Below are positions 48,701 to 60,603 of a stretch of DNA of 64,000 bases, piece after piece. Positions within the stretch are counted from its first letter, which is position 1. Each line of letters begins with the position of its first letter. Both the position numbers and the translations under genes were made by a program. The notes below the pieces were generated by a model. It worked only from the letters and a program-made list of their open reading frames with translations. It made no database searches and had not been told where the DNA came from. The DNA is taken from positions 1,054,001 to 1,118,000 of the forward strand of contig JAYWIR010000008.1 in NCBI GenBank assembly GCA_036172245.1. The letters are read 5' to 3'. The DNA comes from Raillietiella orientalis. Lineage: Eukaryota.

Positions 48701-51700
48701 AGTCGGGAGAGATGCGCAGATCATCATCCGGTAGGAAACTCGACGCCATCGGAGGCTTCTCTCTCCTGCGCGCCATCGCCGAAGGATTGGGAGCGCTAGT
48801 CTCTGCGTTTCTTCCCGACGAGGGGAGCTGCGTAGCCTTCGTGGGAAAACCAGAGGCTAGGGTCGGTGGGTCACGGGGTTCTCCGTGTGAGATATGGTCC
48901 CACGGACTCGAGCAGCGGTCCAGGCATCGATTCGCAAACCCCTCGCAAATGGCGCGAAAATGAGCGACGTAGCATTGCCGTCGCCGCAATGCCCACCCAG
49001 TTGCCACCGTAACGGTGGGAAGAAGGCAACCTTGAGCCTGGAAGCCACCTGGAGATCGCATCCAAGGTTCTTCTTCCTCGGCAGGCCGGTACAACTCCAG
49101 CCTCCGCGTGTACCAGCCTTCGCTGCTGCTAACCGTCCAGGCTCTGGTTCCAAGTGAAAAGATGTCGCTCAGGAACCCTTCGCAGCCGGGATGCAGGAAA
49201 CAACCCTAAGATGCCGATGAAATCCTGCGTGTCTCCGTGACAACTCCTTTTCTGCCTAACACTCTTCTCCTGCGTACCGGGAAAGACGAAGAGCACACGT
49301 GGAACGCGACCAAGGTCTTGAAACTCTGGGATTTCGAGAGGGACGAAGTCCGAAGAACTGAGCGGAGGGAACAGACTGAGGAGCAGAGCAGAAGTAGAAG
49401 CGAAGGACATCCAGGAACTGTGAAGGTCACCCCTTGCAGCCGCCCCCCCTTTCCGACGGAACCCGACCGGCTTCCAGGAGCGGTTCCTGATGAGAGGGAA
49501 GGAGAGAGAGGGGATGGGGTGGTGGTGGAGGGGAGACACTCCTTGAGCAAGTAGGCACCGTGGCGAGCGCGCGTTCCGGTATAGTGGGGGTCCACGCCAC
49601 AGATCACGTAGTCCGGTCCTTCACGGGGCTTCTTCGTGGCGGCCGCAGGGAGCCGTATCCAACGCCGGGACGTGAGGGGAGCTGGCGGCCAGCTGCCACG
49701 GAGGCGTTCGCATATCATCATGCAGCCGCTGCCTTGCTTAATCTCAACCCTCGTAATTCGCTCCCGAGCAACTCTCAGTGGTGGGGGAGGAGGCTGCGGC
49801 AGCGGCTCCCCCAGCTCGCTCATGAAACTGCGCTTGCCAAACTTCTTCGGGGCCTCTTCTGCAGGAAGGAGACACCTACGCAAGAGAACGAAAGAGAACG
49901 TCTTCCCACGCAAGAGGATTTCTTCCCTTCCTCCAGGAAATTCATTTTGTCAGACAGTCAAAAATCACGGCTGCTGCTGCTTAGGGAACAGCGACTTTCT
50001 CCCAAGGGGAACGTACGGGGTAATCTCACTCCTTGCGAGAAGCGCATGCAGGGTCTTTTCGTTTATGCTCGTTAATGATTCATCTGGAAGCACCATTCCC
50101 ACCACGACCTGCCATCCAGAGCTATCCGTCATCTGTGCTCCCGGTCCCCTACCCGGACGCTGGGCTCGGAGGCGGCCCGGAGGCGGTTGGCGGTCCACCG
50201 AAGTGCATCTCTTTGGGTTACCACTCCTGGCCCATTCGAAGATCTAAAACCCTGGACTTCCGATCTCGCAGTTTGGAAAATCAACCGGAAACCTGAAAGA
50301 TCAGAGCGTGTTTTCTTTTGCTTTTGTGCGTGTGTGTTTTTGCCCGCTTCCGTACACTCGACTCCGGATCATGTGACACGTGCAGCACAGCGCGTTGTTG
50401 CCATATTGACCGTGCTTCCCTGTTTTGGGAGGCACGTGAACTCAAACGAGCGGAACGGACGCTCCTGATGAGATACGAAGTACTTACGGAAGAGCTGTTG
50501 GCATCCCTGCTGAGGAAAATTCTTTTTACGGAGGGAGCATTCTCAGGATCGGTGGAAATTGCGCTCCGAGATTGATCCGGCCTGTACAGTTTTCAGTGTT
50601 TTCGTACGCCGGATCCGGCGGGGCTAATGCAAATGGAATTTTCGGCCCGACAGTGAAACACGTGAAACCGCACAGATCCATAAACGTTCCCAGTGCACGC
50701 TCGAACGGAACACGCCGAACGGAATAGCCTCGATTCATCATCGGTGAAAAGACACGTCCTGGTAGAGGCTAGATCCTCTTGGGCTTATTAATAGTCCGGG
50801 CGTGCAGCCCACGTGCTGGGCGTTCGTTAACAATGGGCGAGCGCGCGCGGTGTGCCCGACGTGCGAATAGGCCGGGAGTGTGCGCGCGCCGAGTGGGGAC
50901 GGGGGGGGGGGGGACTTCCGTGGAAGGCAGCCTCGGCCCATCACCCGATGGGATGATGGGTCGAGATTCTGCGCGATGGGTCGCTGCTTCCAGAGGGTGG
51001 AAAAGTCTCCGCTCCGGAATGCTCGGAAAATCTCCATGCTGAAAAAAAAGGAAAAAAAAAAAAAGGAGAGTGGCAGATTCTGGAATCATTTCCGTTTGCT
51101 TATGCTGTGATCTATGCTGGGTCTCGTAAGAACAGCAACAGAAAAAAAAAAAAAACATGAAAAAATGGGGGGGGGGGGGAACTCTGAATGGAAAGCCGGC
51201 TTTCCTAATCAACGAGTTCAGGGGTACTCCAGTAAGCACAGAGCCATTTTTTTTTAGCCTGCTTCTTTTTTTCTTCCTCTTTTGTTTCTTCTGCAGAAGT
51301 TTCCTTGAGAAGAATTCATGCATTAAAACGAACTGATTCGAAAATCAAAAGCGCAAATAGGAGGAACGATCCAGGCAGCTCGTAAACCCGATGGAAAGGC
51401 AGTTCTTAGATGGAAAACAAAGGCGAGGAAGGACTCTCTCTTTATGGCGCCATTTTTTCACACAGAATGCGCTGTTGAGAATACTGACTACTCCTTAAGA
51501 TAATTATTAGTATTCTGGAGATGAGGATGCAACGGCGAGGGAAATTGTTCGCTTATAAATTAAAAAGACTTTTCAACCATCTGGAAGAATGGAACATGCA
51601 GGCACGAAAACATAATTGGGCCAGCAGTAGGGTCGGTGACGTTGCATACCCGGCCGCATCGCTCCTTGCAAGCAAAAATCGACCTTTAACTGATTCTGCT

Positions 51701-53405
51701 GCGTGCAGAGCATCAGAGTTGTTTAAGGGACTGAGAAGCCGGTGAGACAAACGCAGCAGCCTCTTCTCCACCGTCTGATGCTGCTCCCTCTGGAGCAGGA
51801 GACCGTGGTTGTGCCAGCTGCTGCAGCTGAGTTGCAGTTGCGATGGGTTGTCGGTGTTGCCCGAATCTCGTGGAAATTTCCTGCTGCATGTCTTCCCACG
51901 GCAGTGGGCGACTTTATAGGGCTCCTTGACAACCTGGTGATCTCATGCACCATCCTCTCTCCTGTCGTGGCTGCAAAGGACCTCCAGCCTTCCTTTAAGT
52001 CGGATCTGACGAACGCTTGGAGTGCCACGAAGGAGCGTTCAGGATTGTGCGTCTGCCCCACTTGTCTGGCTCTCTCACCTATCCTGTGGCCAAGGTCACC
52101 TCTTCCACTTCAAGCTCCTCATGAGGAGAGTATCCTTTGCCCACCCCCTCCCTTTCCCCCCTCCAGAGTTCCAGTGCTTCCCTTCGCTTCCTCGCAACGC
52201 GTGGTTCTCAGCAGGTGCGTCCCATCTCTCGGATCACGGTCAGGTCGGACAGATCCTGCATACCAGCGCAAGCCCCCCGGTTGCCCCTCTTCCAGACTCC
52301 GCTGTCTCTCTTTCCTTACTCGTGCCTCTCTGGAGGAAACGCCGCCTTTAGTTACGGACGTGCCTCCTTTCCTTCTTCATTCCTACGCCGCGCTGATGTT
52401 CGGATCTACCGGTCGGGGATCTTGATCTCATCAAACGTTATCTCACTCGACAGCCTCCCTTCGATTCTTTCCACGCTGCGCCTTAGGACTCGTGCTGGTA
52501 GTGGATTGAGAAGAGCATCGGAAACCGACGGGCGGGTCCTCCGGGAAGAATCCCGGACGGAGTGCAAAGGAGGAAAAAAACACTCTCCCTCTTTCGTCCT
52601 GCGCTTTCCTGAAGAGCACGTTGATTCTAATCCAGCTCTCCTGAGTTTCATTCGAACCCATTCGGCTGCCAGTCGGAGTTCCTGAGTGGCCCGGGAGGAG
52701 GGTCAGCGATCCTAGGGTGACCCATCCCGAGATTCTGTTATAAGTGAGCTATCTCTTGCAGCAGGAACTTCCTGTCTCAGGAAAGGTTTTCAGGATCGTT
52801 CGAGAACCATCAGCTAGGCACTCCAGACACCGTACGTACTTCCTTGCAGAAGCTCACCGGGAACAACGCTGGAACCTCGCAGCACTTTTCCTTCGCCTCC
52901 TCAGTACTGAGGGAGATCTTCCCTTGTGTCCTTAGGAACATGGCTTTTCTGATTTCGTACTCGGAGGAAACCAGAAGGAAGCCAACAGTATCTCCTCTCC
53001 ATCCCACTCCGTTTCCTAGCGAGCATTCCGCGTTTCCAAAGAGAACTGGGAGGGCAGAGATGAGTAGAGTTGCCTCCGTGAACGAGGATGCTCCGGAGGC
53101 TCTCTGGCTGCCCGGAGGAGACCCGTTGGGAGGGAGATGGGTGCACCCCTATGTCATCCTGGCTCTCTGAAGGGGATGCTGCACTTCCCTCTGCCTTCTA
53201 ACGGACGGCAGGCATCCCTGTACCGATCTTCGGATGCCTTGGATTCTTCGGTGATCTCACTCGAGTACTACGAGCGTCCTCGTCACACCCGGTCACTCGC
53301 TCCTTCTCTTCCTTTCCTGGAAGGCATCACTCCGGTCTCCGTTATGGTGAAGAAAGGAGGAAGGGAATATCCTCAATAATGCGCTCTCTGCAAGGGAGTG
53401 GTTAC

Positions 53406-53717
53406 CTGGGAGAGCCGGAAGTGATCCTGGAGGGCGGACGAAAGCTCAGCGTCTTTAGAGAGGGCAGCTGGCTTGCGCTCTTCTTTTGACTGCGGCGGTG
53501 TGTCTTGCTCTTCAGGCCAAGGAGACGTCCTCCCTTGCTGCCGGATGGAGCTCTTCTTGTCTGCCGTAGGGCTGCTGCTGCTGCTCTTCTCGTGCTTCAG
53601 CTCGTTGATGACCGCCTGATATGCAGCTTCTGTCTTTTTGTCGAAGCTGGCGGGGGAGACGGCGTCATTCTGCATCCGCTCGCCTGTCTCCCGGGAATCG
53701 AGGTCCTGATCGGCTTC
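53406..53717 (-). CDS. Candidate internal coding exon of an unidentified minus-strand gene
   Basis: 312-nt phase 0-0 open segment between the acceptor TTCCAG and the donor CAG|GTAACC. It encodes EADQDLDSRETGERMQNDAVSPASFDKKTEAAYQAVINELKHEKSS...SSALQDHFRLSQ, with a natural-looking K/E/D/S composition unlike the R/P/G/A-rich spurious ORFs nearby. No recognised domain. Confidence 0.4.
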
Positions 53718-56700
53718 CTGGAATTCCAGAATCCAACAGTGGATGCTCTCGCGAACACCTCGTCTGCTGCCACGAGTTTCCGGGAGCTGGGAATTCGCGC
53801 CAGCCTTGAGGGTCTCGCGGCGCGCCTCGGACCTTTCCCGCCGCTTCCGGAATAGCTCGCCGCGAAGGAGATGCGACAAACGGGGGGGACGATGACCCTT
53901 TCGCGCGTCCTCCAGCAACCGGCGGAGAAGACTTTTCCTGGGAGCACGGAGATCGGCACTGCCACCACATTAGGCGGCTGTTGGGTTTAGTTTTTTTTAA
54001 CCAGCAGGAACCTCATTCCTGGTGGCTCCCGCCAGCCACAGTAGCGTCATCACTGAAAGGCTTCAGTCCGGGAAGTATCCAGAACTTTTTCCCTTCACAT
54101 CAAACGAGGGTAAAAGCAAATGGGGAGCAACGGCGAGAAGGAAGGACACGTACGGGACACGCTGACTTAGAGGGGAACACGCATTTTCCAGATTTCGAGT
54201 TCCTCGAAGAGGGTCGAAAGTGGAAGAGTCGGGGAAGCAGGGGCTGGACGAGCTACGAGAGGTCAGTCAGCATCAGGGAAGCGGCAGGAGCCGCTAAAGC
54301 TGTTCGAATGGACCTTCCGGCAAAACCCTTGGCGGGAGTTCGGCGACTCCTGGGAATCGGGAAGATTCTCAGGAAACGCCGTCTCCCGGCACAGGATGAG
54401 GACGGAGAGGGACTCAAGCTTATTTCTTCTAGTTACTGCCCTATCGGACCCGAGGCTTGCCTCGGGACTCCCTGGCAAGCCCTGGGCTCCTTGCGCTGCG
54501 CGCCGCTACGAGCAAGAGGTCTCGCCGTTGCTAAGCGGCTGCAGAAGATTCCACCATGTTCGAGCGCAGTAGCGCGGCAGCCTTGGCGGCGGCGTTTCCC
54601 GGGCTCCTCCGTGGAGGCTTCCGGAATGCCCGGGGACGCGCCGATTTCTTCCCACTAGCGAGATCCAGGAGGACTCTGTTGCCGTGCGGCGACTGGGACG
54701 AAGGTTATCGTGGAAAGTCGGGATCGCGAACGGGATACCCGGGGAGGACTCAGAGTCAGAGGCGGCGGCAGCAGCGTCCTGAGCGTGCAGAGCCGGAGAA
54801 CGCTTTCGGGAAGGGAAGCCGGAAGCCAGAGGAAGCGGACGGTCATCTCCTTGGTAGCTGGGACGAGGAAGGACGGAGCCGAGAGGGCAACGTCCTGATC
54901 GTCCATCTCGGAGGTCAGAAGACCGCCTACAGGAGAGGAGCAGCAGGTCGGTGACCCCTGCGGCGAAGGATGACGGAAGATGGAGGCAATGACGGGTGCC
55001 CTGGGTCCCTCCGCCCGTAATCACAGAGGCGGAGGAGGTCGAAGGGAGCGAATTCCGCCGCCGGCGATTTTTGCGAAGAACTGAAGCGGCGAGCGCGCCG
55101 GACGCAACGCCTGTCGCTCCCCAAAACGTTCCGGTCTGGTGCAGACCGTATCTCGGATGCTGCTTCCGGATATGTCTCTCGAAGATCTCCTCTTCCCCCT
55201 TCCTTCCACTTCCTGTAATTCTCTGAAGCAGCGTCGCAGTGGTAGGGCGGAACCACGAGGCTCCTTGACAATGTGCCCTCAGGCAGCCACCAGCTGACGC
55301 ATCCCGGGAAAAGAGCCGCGCGCAGTTCCTTCTTCCCGCCTTCTCATCGCGCGGAGGGGACTTGCGCGCCGCTCTTTTCCCGGAGGAGGCGGGTGGCGCG
55401 TTCCTCTAGGTCTCTCGTCTTTCCCTCCACGGCAGCCATTCCTTTCAGCATTAGCGCCGGGCGGAAGCGGTCCCCTCCTCGTTCGCGTCCCGCCGATCCC
55501 CTCCCCGCCCGAGAGCCGCTCTCACTGCGCAGGTTTCTTTGTGGAGCCACAGAGGAGGCTCCAGGCGACGAGGAAGCGTGGAACAGACGAGGCGGGCGAA
55601 GCAGCTGCGATCAAGGAAGATGAGTCAAAGGAGGAAGGAGGGGGGGGAGACATCGACGCCTCCACCCCGCGGTGGTGTAGCACCCAAAGTAGAGACGGCT
55701 TTCGCGGACGAATGGGCCGGCCCTGGCTGGGAGCCTCGTGAGGGCACGATCCGGGAGACGAGGGAAGGGGGAATTTCGAAGAAGTCCCCGTTCGGTCTTC
55801 CTGGAGTCGACTCGGTGGCGCGCGCGTCGTCGCCGCGGTTCTTCCGGTCGGCACGGACGTGAGCGAGGGGCCTGGAGGGAAGGCGGCGAGAGAAGTCCCC
55901 GCTTGCGGGTCCTCTCTCCTCCTTTCCCTCTCGGGTCCTCCTGGTAAAACGAACGCCCGTCTTCCGGGATGAGGCCGCGCCTCCAGGTCGAGTTGTTTGC
56001 GATCCCGGAGTCCTTCCCGCTGCGCCTCTCCTGGTACGGGGAGCGGCGGCGTCTGATGCGCTTGCTCCCCTCTCAGATGGTCGGAGGGGTCTCTCCCTCC
56101 CCTTTCTCCCGTCTATCCCCGTTCGGCCTCCGAGGAAGGGAGCGGAGCGGCTCATTCCTTTGGAGTGGACCTCCGAGTCCCCTCCTTCGAGAGGAGGTGG
56201 TCGAGGAGGACGCTGCTTCTGGTCAGAAGACCTCCGAGACCTCTGAGGCTGCCGGGAGACTCAGACCGCCAAGGTCTTCGGATCCCTCGGGCATCGTTCG
56301 CGAGAGGGCCGCCTCCGGGAGTTCTCCCCGCGGCCCACTCCGGCCCTTCCGAGCAGCGTCCGTTAGCCTCTCACGGAGAAGGGCGCCCTTTTGGAGACGC
56401 CTCCCTCGGAAGAGGGGGGCCAGGGTTAGACCAATCCCTCCCGGCCTGAGCCGCTGACGGAGACCGTCGCCCCCTGGAGACCTTTGGCCCCTCAGGCAGC
56501 CTGCAGGTCTTCGCCTCAGTGCCCCGTACATCTCTTCCGGGAATTCCGAGGGGGTGTCCAGGAGAGGACAGGGCACTGTCTTCGCCCTCAGGTGTCCCAG
56601 GCAGAGACAGTGCTCCCCTCCTCCGGAGGAAATGGTCATGCGGGAGGGGGAGACGCGGCGGTCCCTCGTTCTGACTCGCCCTCGGGCCAGGCGTCCCTGG

Positions 56701-59700
56701 CCGTGGCGCTCCGAGGTGGCAGTTCCTTCCGGCGAGTGGAATCGGAGAGGGGTCCACCCCAGAGAGGGCCTTTGCCTCTCGGACTTCTGGCTCAGGCCGA
56801 GGAGGATGATCCGCCTCCGGAATTCTCTGAAGGCCTCGCCGAAGACGGAAATCCAGGAAAGAGAGGGGAAAGGGGCGAGGCGTTCCCTTTGGAAGGCAGG
56901 GAGAGGCCGTACGCGGAAGGATAGCGGCATCGCAAGGGTAGGGGGCGGGGAGAACTCAGGGAGGGAGGGCAGGGAAACCTTCAGGGAGATGATTCCCCTT
57001 AGTTCGGACCCCCTGGGAGGAGCGGCTTCCCTCTCTCCGGGGGACGGCCCTCGAGGGTGACCGACGGACGGACTGCACGGAAGGTCATCCCCACCGCAGC
57101 CTCCCCCTCCGTCCCTCTTTGTCCCGGAGGAAGGCGGACTCGGGAGGGCCGGACGGGAACACCGGCGCGGCGGCGAGGGAAGGGGCGAGTCCTGGACGTT
57201 CCGCAGACCGGGAGCGACGCACGTCCTTCTGACGTTCAGCGGGAGATCCCGCCAGGAATCCATTAGCAGGGAGGGAGAAGGCGCTGCACTCCCGAGGGAT
57301 CTGGAGATTCGTCTCCTCCCTCCCTCCTCTCTCTCTCGGCTCCTGGTTCCCGACAAGCTTGCGTGCCCTCTGCTATCTCTACCCCCTCTCTCGGATGGGG
57401 CAGGATTGCTTCCGAAGGCAACGGACCGCCCCCAGCGAGATTGCGGGGACGAGTCCTTGCACTTGTCCTCGGAGCTTCCCCTCCCCGGGTGGGAAGGCGC
57501 TCCTCTCTCCCGTGGGTGATGCCGGCCGGCTAGCAGGCGCCTCGGATCGACCGGGGTGGCTTCTCGCTTGCACACGGCCACGCGGGTCGGCGGCCGCCGT
57601 CGGGAGCCGCGTCTTCCCGTCTGGCGCAGGCGAGGGGAGGGAGAGGCTGGGTAGGGGAGGGGGAATGGAGGTTTTAGGAACTTTTTCCTCCCGCTTCCGG
57701 GAAGTCACCTGCTCGGCAGGATGGCGCCACCGGCGGCCAACCCATCCCAACCCATTCTCTCCCCACGAAAGAGACGCAACCCTTGATCCACCCACGCGGA
57801 CTTACCGTCTGGCCACGATCACCGACCAGGGAGCGCCACCGATCGTCGGCAGCAGGGATCCTCGTTCTAGAACCAAAGAGGAACCTCCCCAACGCCAGAC
57901 CACCCTTCCTCCCTTCTCTCTCTCCGCTTTTCTTCACCAAACGCGCCTCTTCTGCACTTCCCATCGCCCCTGGGCGGGAGGCATCCGATCGTCTTCGGAG
58001 GAGCCCGTCGAGGAAGACGCTCTTGGGGAGGGAGAGACGCAGCACGCCGCCTCCGTCCTTTCGGAAGCTACGTGGGAAACGGATGTTCTGCATGGGTTTA
58101 GCTCCCATCCTCGCGCATCAGAGCCGGCGGCAGGGCGAGCAGTGAGAGGGGCGCGCCTTCTACGCCCTCTCGTTCCTGGTTCCGGGGCGGGGCGGTCTCG
58201 GAGGGAAGCGCGCCGCTGCTTCCCTGGCAGTGGCTTGGGATCTCCACCCGTGCGCATTCCATCGGACCGTCTTCTCCCGAGGGAAACCTCGCCTCGCGGA
58301 CACCTTCGACTAGGAATCGCGCGCGTCCAGAGGAGGAGCAACAGGGAAGAACGGGGATGCTCACTGACCCATCCGGGACAACGGTGGTTCTTTCCCCCCT
58401 AGGCGCACTGTCGGCTCCTCGAGCTCGCGTACCGCTTGCGCGAGCGCCATCTTATTCCCACGCGAGGACGCGGCGAGCCCTATTGCGGAAACTGCGAGCT
58501 GCTGGACAGGCGAGACTCAGGCGCACCCGTGACTGCAGGCGGAGGGAAAGAGAATTGGACGTAGGTGGAGGGGGAGGGCAAGGACACGCAGTTCCCGGCT
58601 CCACGGCGCCGCTTCTGAGGATCACCCTCCTGGAAAGCTCGAGTTCCTCCGCAACGGACACAACGCGGGAAGGCGCAGAGGAGCTCCAGATTGCAGATGG
58701 CGCACGGGCAGAAACGATAGCGTGGGACGCCCCATGTTAAGAGCTGGGTAAGGCTACTCAGAGGGGAGAGCCCGAAGGTCGGACTTCCGCCGCATGTCCA
58801 CCCGGTAGATCGTCCCGGACTGGCTCTTCTCCCCCCCTTCCCTCCCAGCGGACGCGGGAACAGGTTGCGAGACAGGAGACGTTGCGAAGGGGAATCGGCG
58901 CTGGACTGGGATGGGTCCACATTCCCCTCTCTTCCTTGCCAGCCGCTGAAGTCCGCGCTGCACCCTCGCGATGGTGAGGATCTCACTTCGCTCCCTGGAT
59001 AGTCCTGCCTCGTTCCCCGGCCAGGGAGGAGCCATTTCCTCCTACACCATCCCCACTCCCCCAAGGTCTCCTGAACCAGTGGGGTGGAAAAAAGAGTTAT
59101 TCCGCAGCTCTGGGTGTTTCCTCTTCCGATCATTGGAACGACACCAGCAGGGAGAGCAGGCGTCTGATCCCGCGAGGTCCCTCCTGCACCCAGGAATATT
59201 CGCGGATGCTGTGATTCCTGCACCAATGGGCTGCTGAATAAATGCAGATCTTTTCCCCATCCGTTCCTCTTAGTCCAGGAGCAGCTGTTCTGTGCATGCT
59301 CGGCGTTTTGGGAGCTCTGCAGCTGTGGCTCTCATAACCTTTCTTTCTTCGCTTACATCTCATGCATCCTACCTTCTGAATTCCGAGTTGATCTCACACT
59401 CCATTTCCTCCTTAGGATCCCCTCTTTGATTTCAGGGTCTGCGGTGTTTTTCCCTTTTTTTCTTCTTTTTTAGCCTCTGATCATCCAAAATTTTTATCTG
59501 CAAAAAAAATTCTTCTTTCCTCGTTTGTACCTCCGTCTTCCTGCCAATCAAAGTAGCTTTCATCTTCCACTCCGATCTCACGTCAACAGCTGCAGCCATC
59601 ATCTGGGGGGAGCATGCGTTTTTCCCCTGATATTTTCCTTTCTCACCCCTCCTGCCATCTGTTTTGGCTTGGATCTCATATGAGAAATGGCTGAGTGAAG

Positions 59701-60583
59701 AAATTCTCACTGCGACTTGTAGCGAAGAATCCAGTGGTGGATAAGAAAGCAGTCAAGTCCGCATCTCGATCCGTCTATACCTCTTCCGAGCGTGTTGCCT
59801 GCGATGTTCTTACTCTATTGCTTTCAATCAATTTTTGCTCTCACCCATTTGCATTGTTGCCTTTGTTGTTGCGTCCTTCCATTGTTGCGTCCGTAACCAG
59901 CACATCACCATTGTTGCGCCTGTGACTCACCTCCTGCTACGGGAATTCCGTAACTGTTGCGTCCGTTTCGTTGCAGTCTTTCCCACATGTTTTTGCGACC
60001 ATAATTTTCGTCTGCATTTGTTTTGTTTTCACGTTTTTTTTTTCATCTGTTTCTTTCTTTCTCTCCCTAAGTACTACGGAAAGCAATTTGCAAAATATGT
60101 TTTCTTGATGAGAGAGAGCTCAGTAAAGTTCGCAAAGGGATAACAACTGCAAGAGGCTTCACAGAGAGACTGAACGCAGCGTGGCACAGATCTAAGCGCC
60201 ATTTGAGCAGAATTCCGTATCAAAAATGCATATTGACCGAGCATATGGGTTCCAATTCGGGTAAGCTGCTATCAACGTAGGAGAGAAGTACTTATTGGCG
60301 ATGTAGATCAACGGATTAACTTTTAGTGAAATCGATGCAGTCTGCTTCCTCTGGCATTTGTACGACATCACTTCGAGGTGAGCCCATCCTTCCAGTGCAG
60401 CGCCACCCTACTCTTCCCCTGGAGTTGGCCATGTGATTTTCCTCTTATGGAGCTGGAAATGACGGAGATGCAACTTTCCCAAGCAATCCCATCCAACCCA
60501 CTAGCGTTCCAAAGGATCGGAAATGCTTTTTTCCCCCCTTTCTCCAGCGCTATTTTCACAAGGATTGATCTTCCGATGGAAAC

Positions 60584-60603
60584 GAGAGAGAGAGAGAGAG
60601 AGA
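60584..60603. repeat. (GA)n microsatellite
   Basis: Read directly from the sequence. Confidence 0.85.

Noticed and set aside
59531..59602. Minus-strand frame DGCSC-TGA-REIGVEDESYFDWQEDG as a possible selenoprotein exon
   Set aside because: No recognisable selenoprotein family or SECIS element, and another frame is open without recoding.
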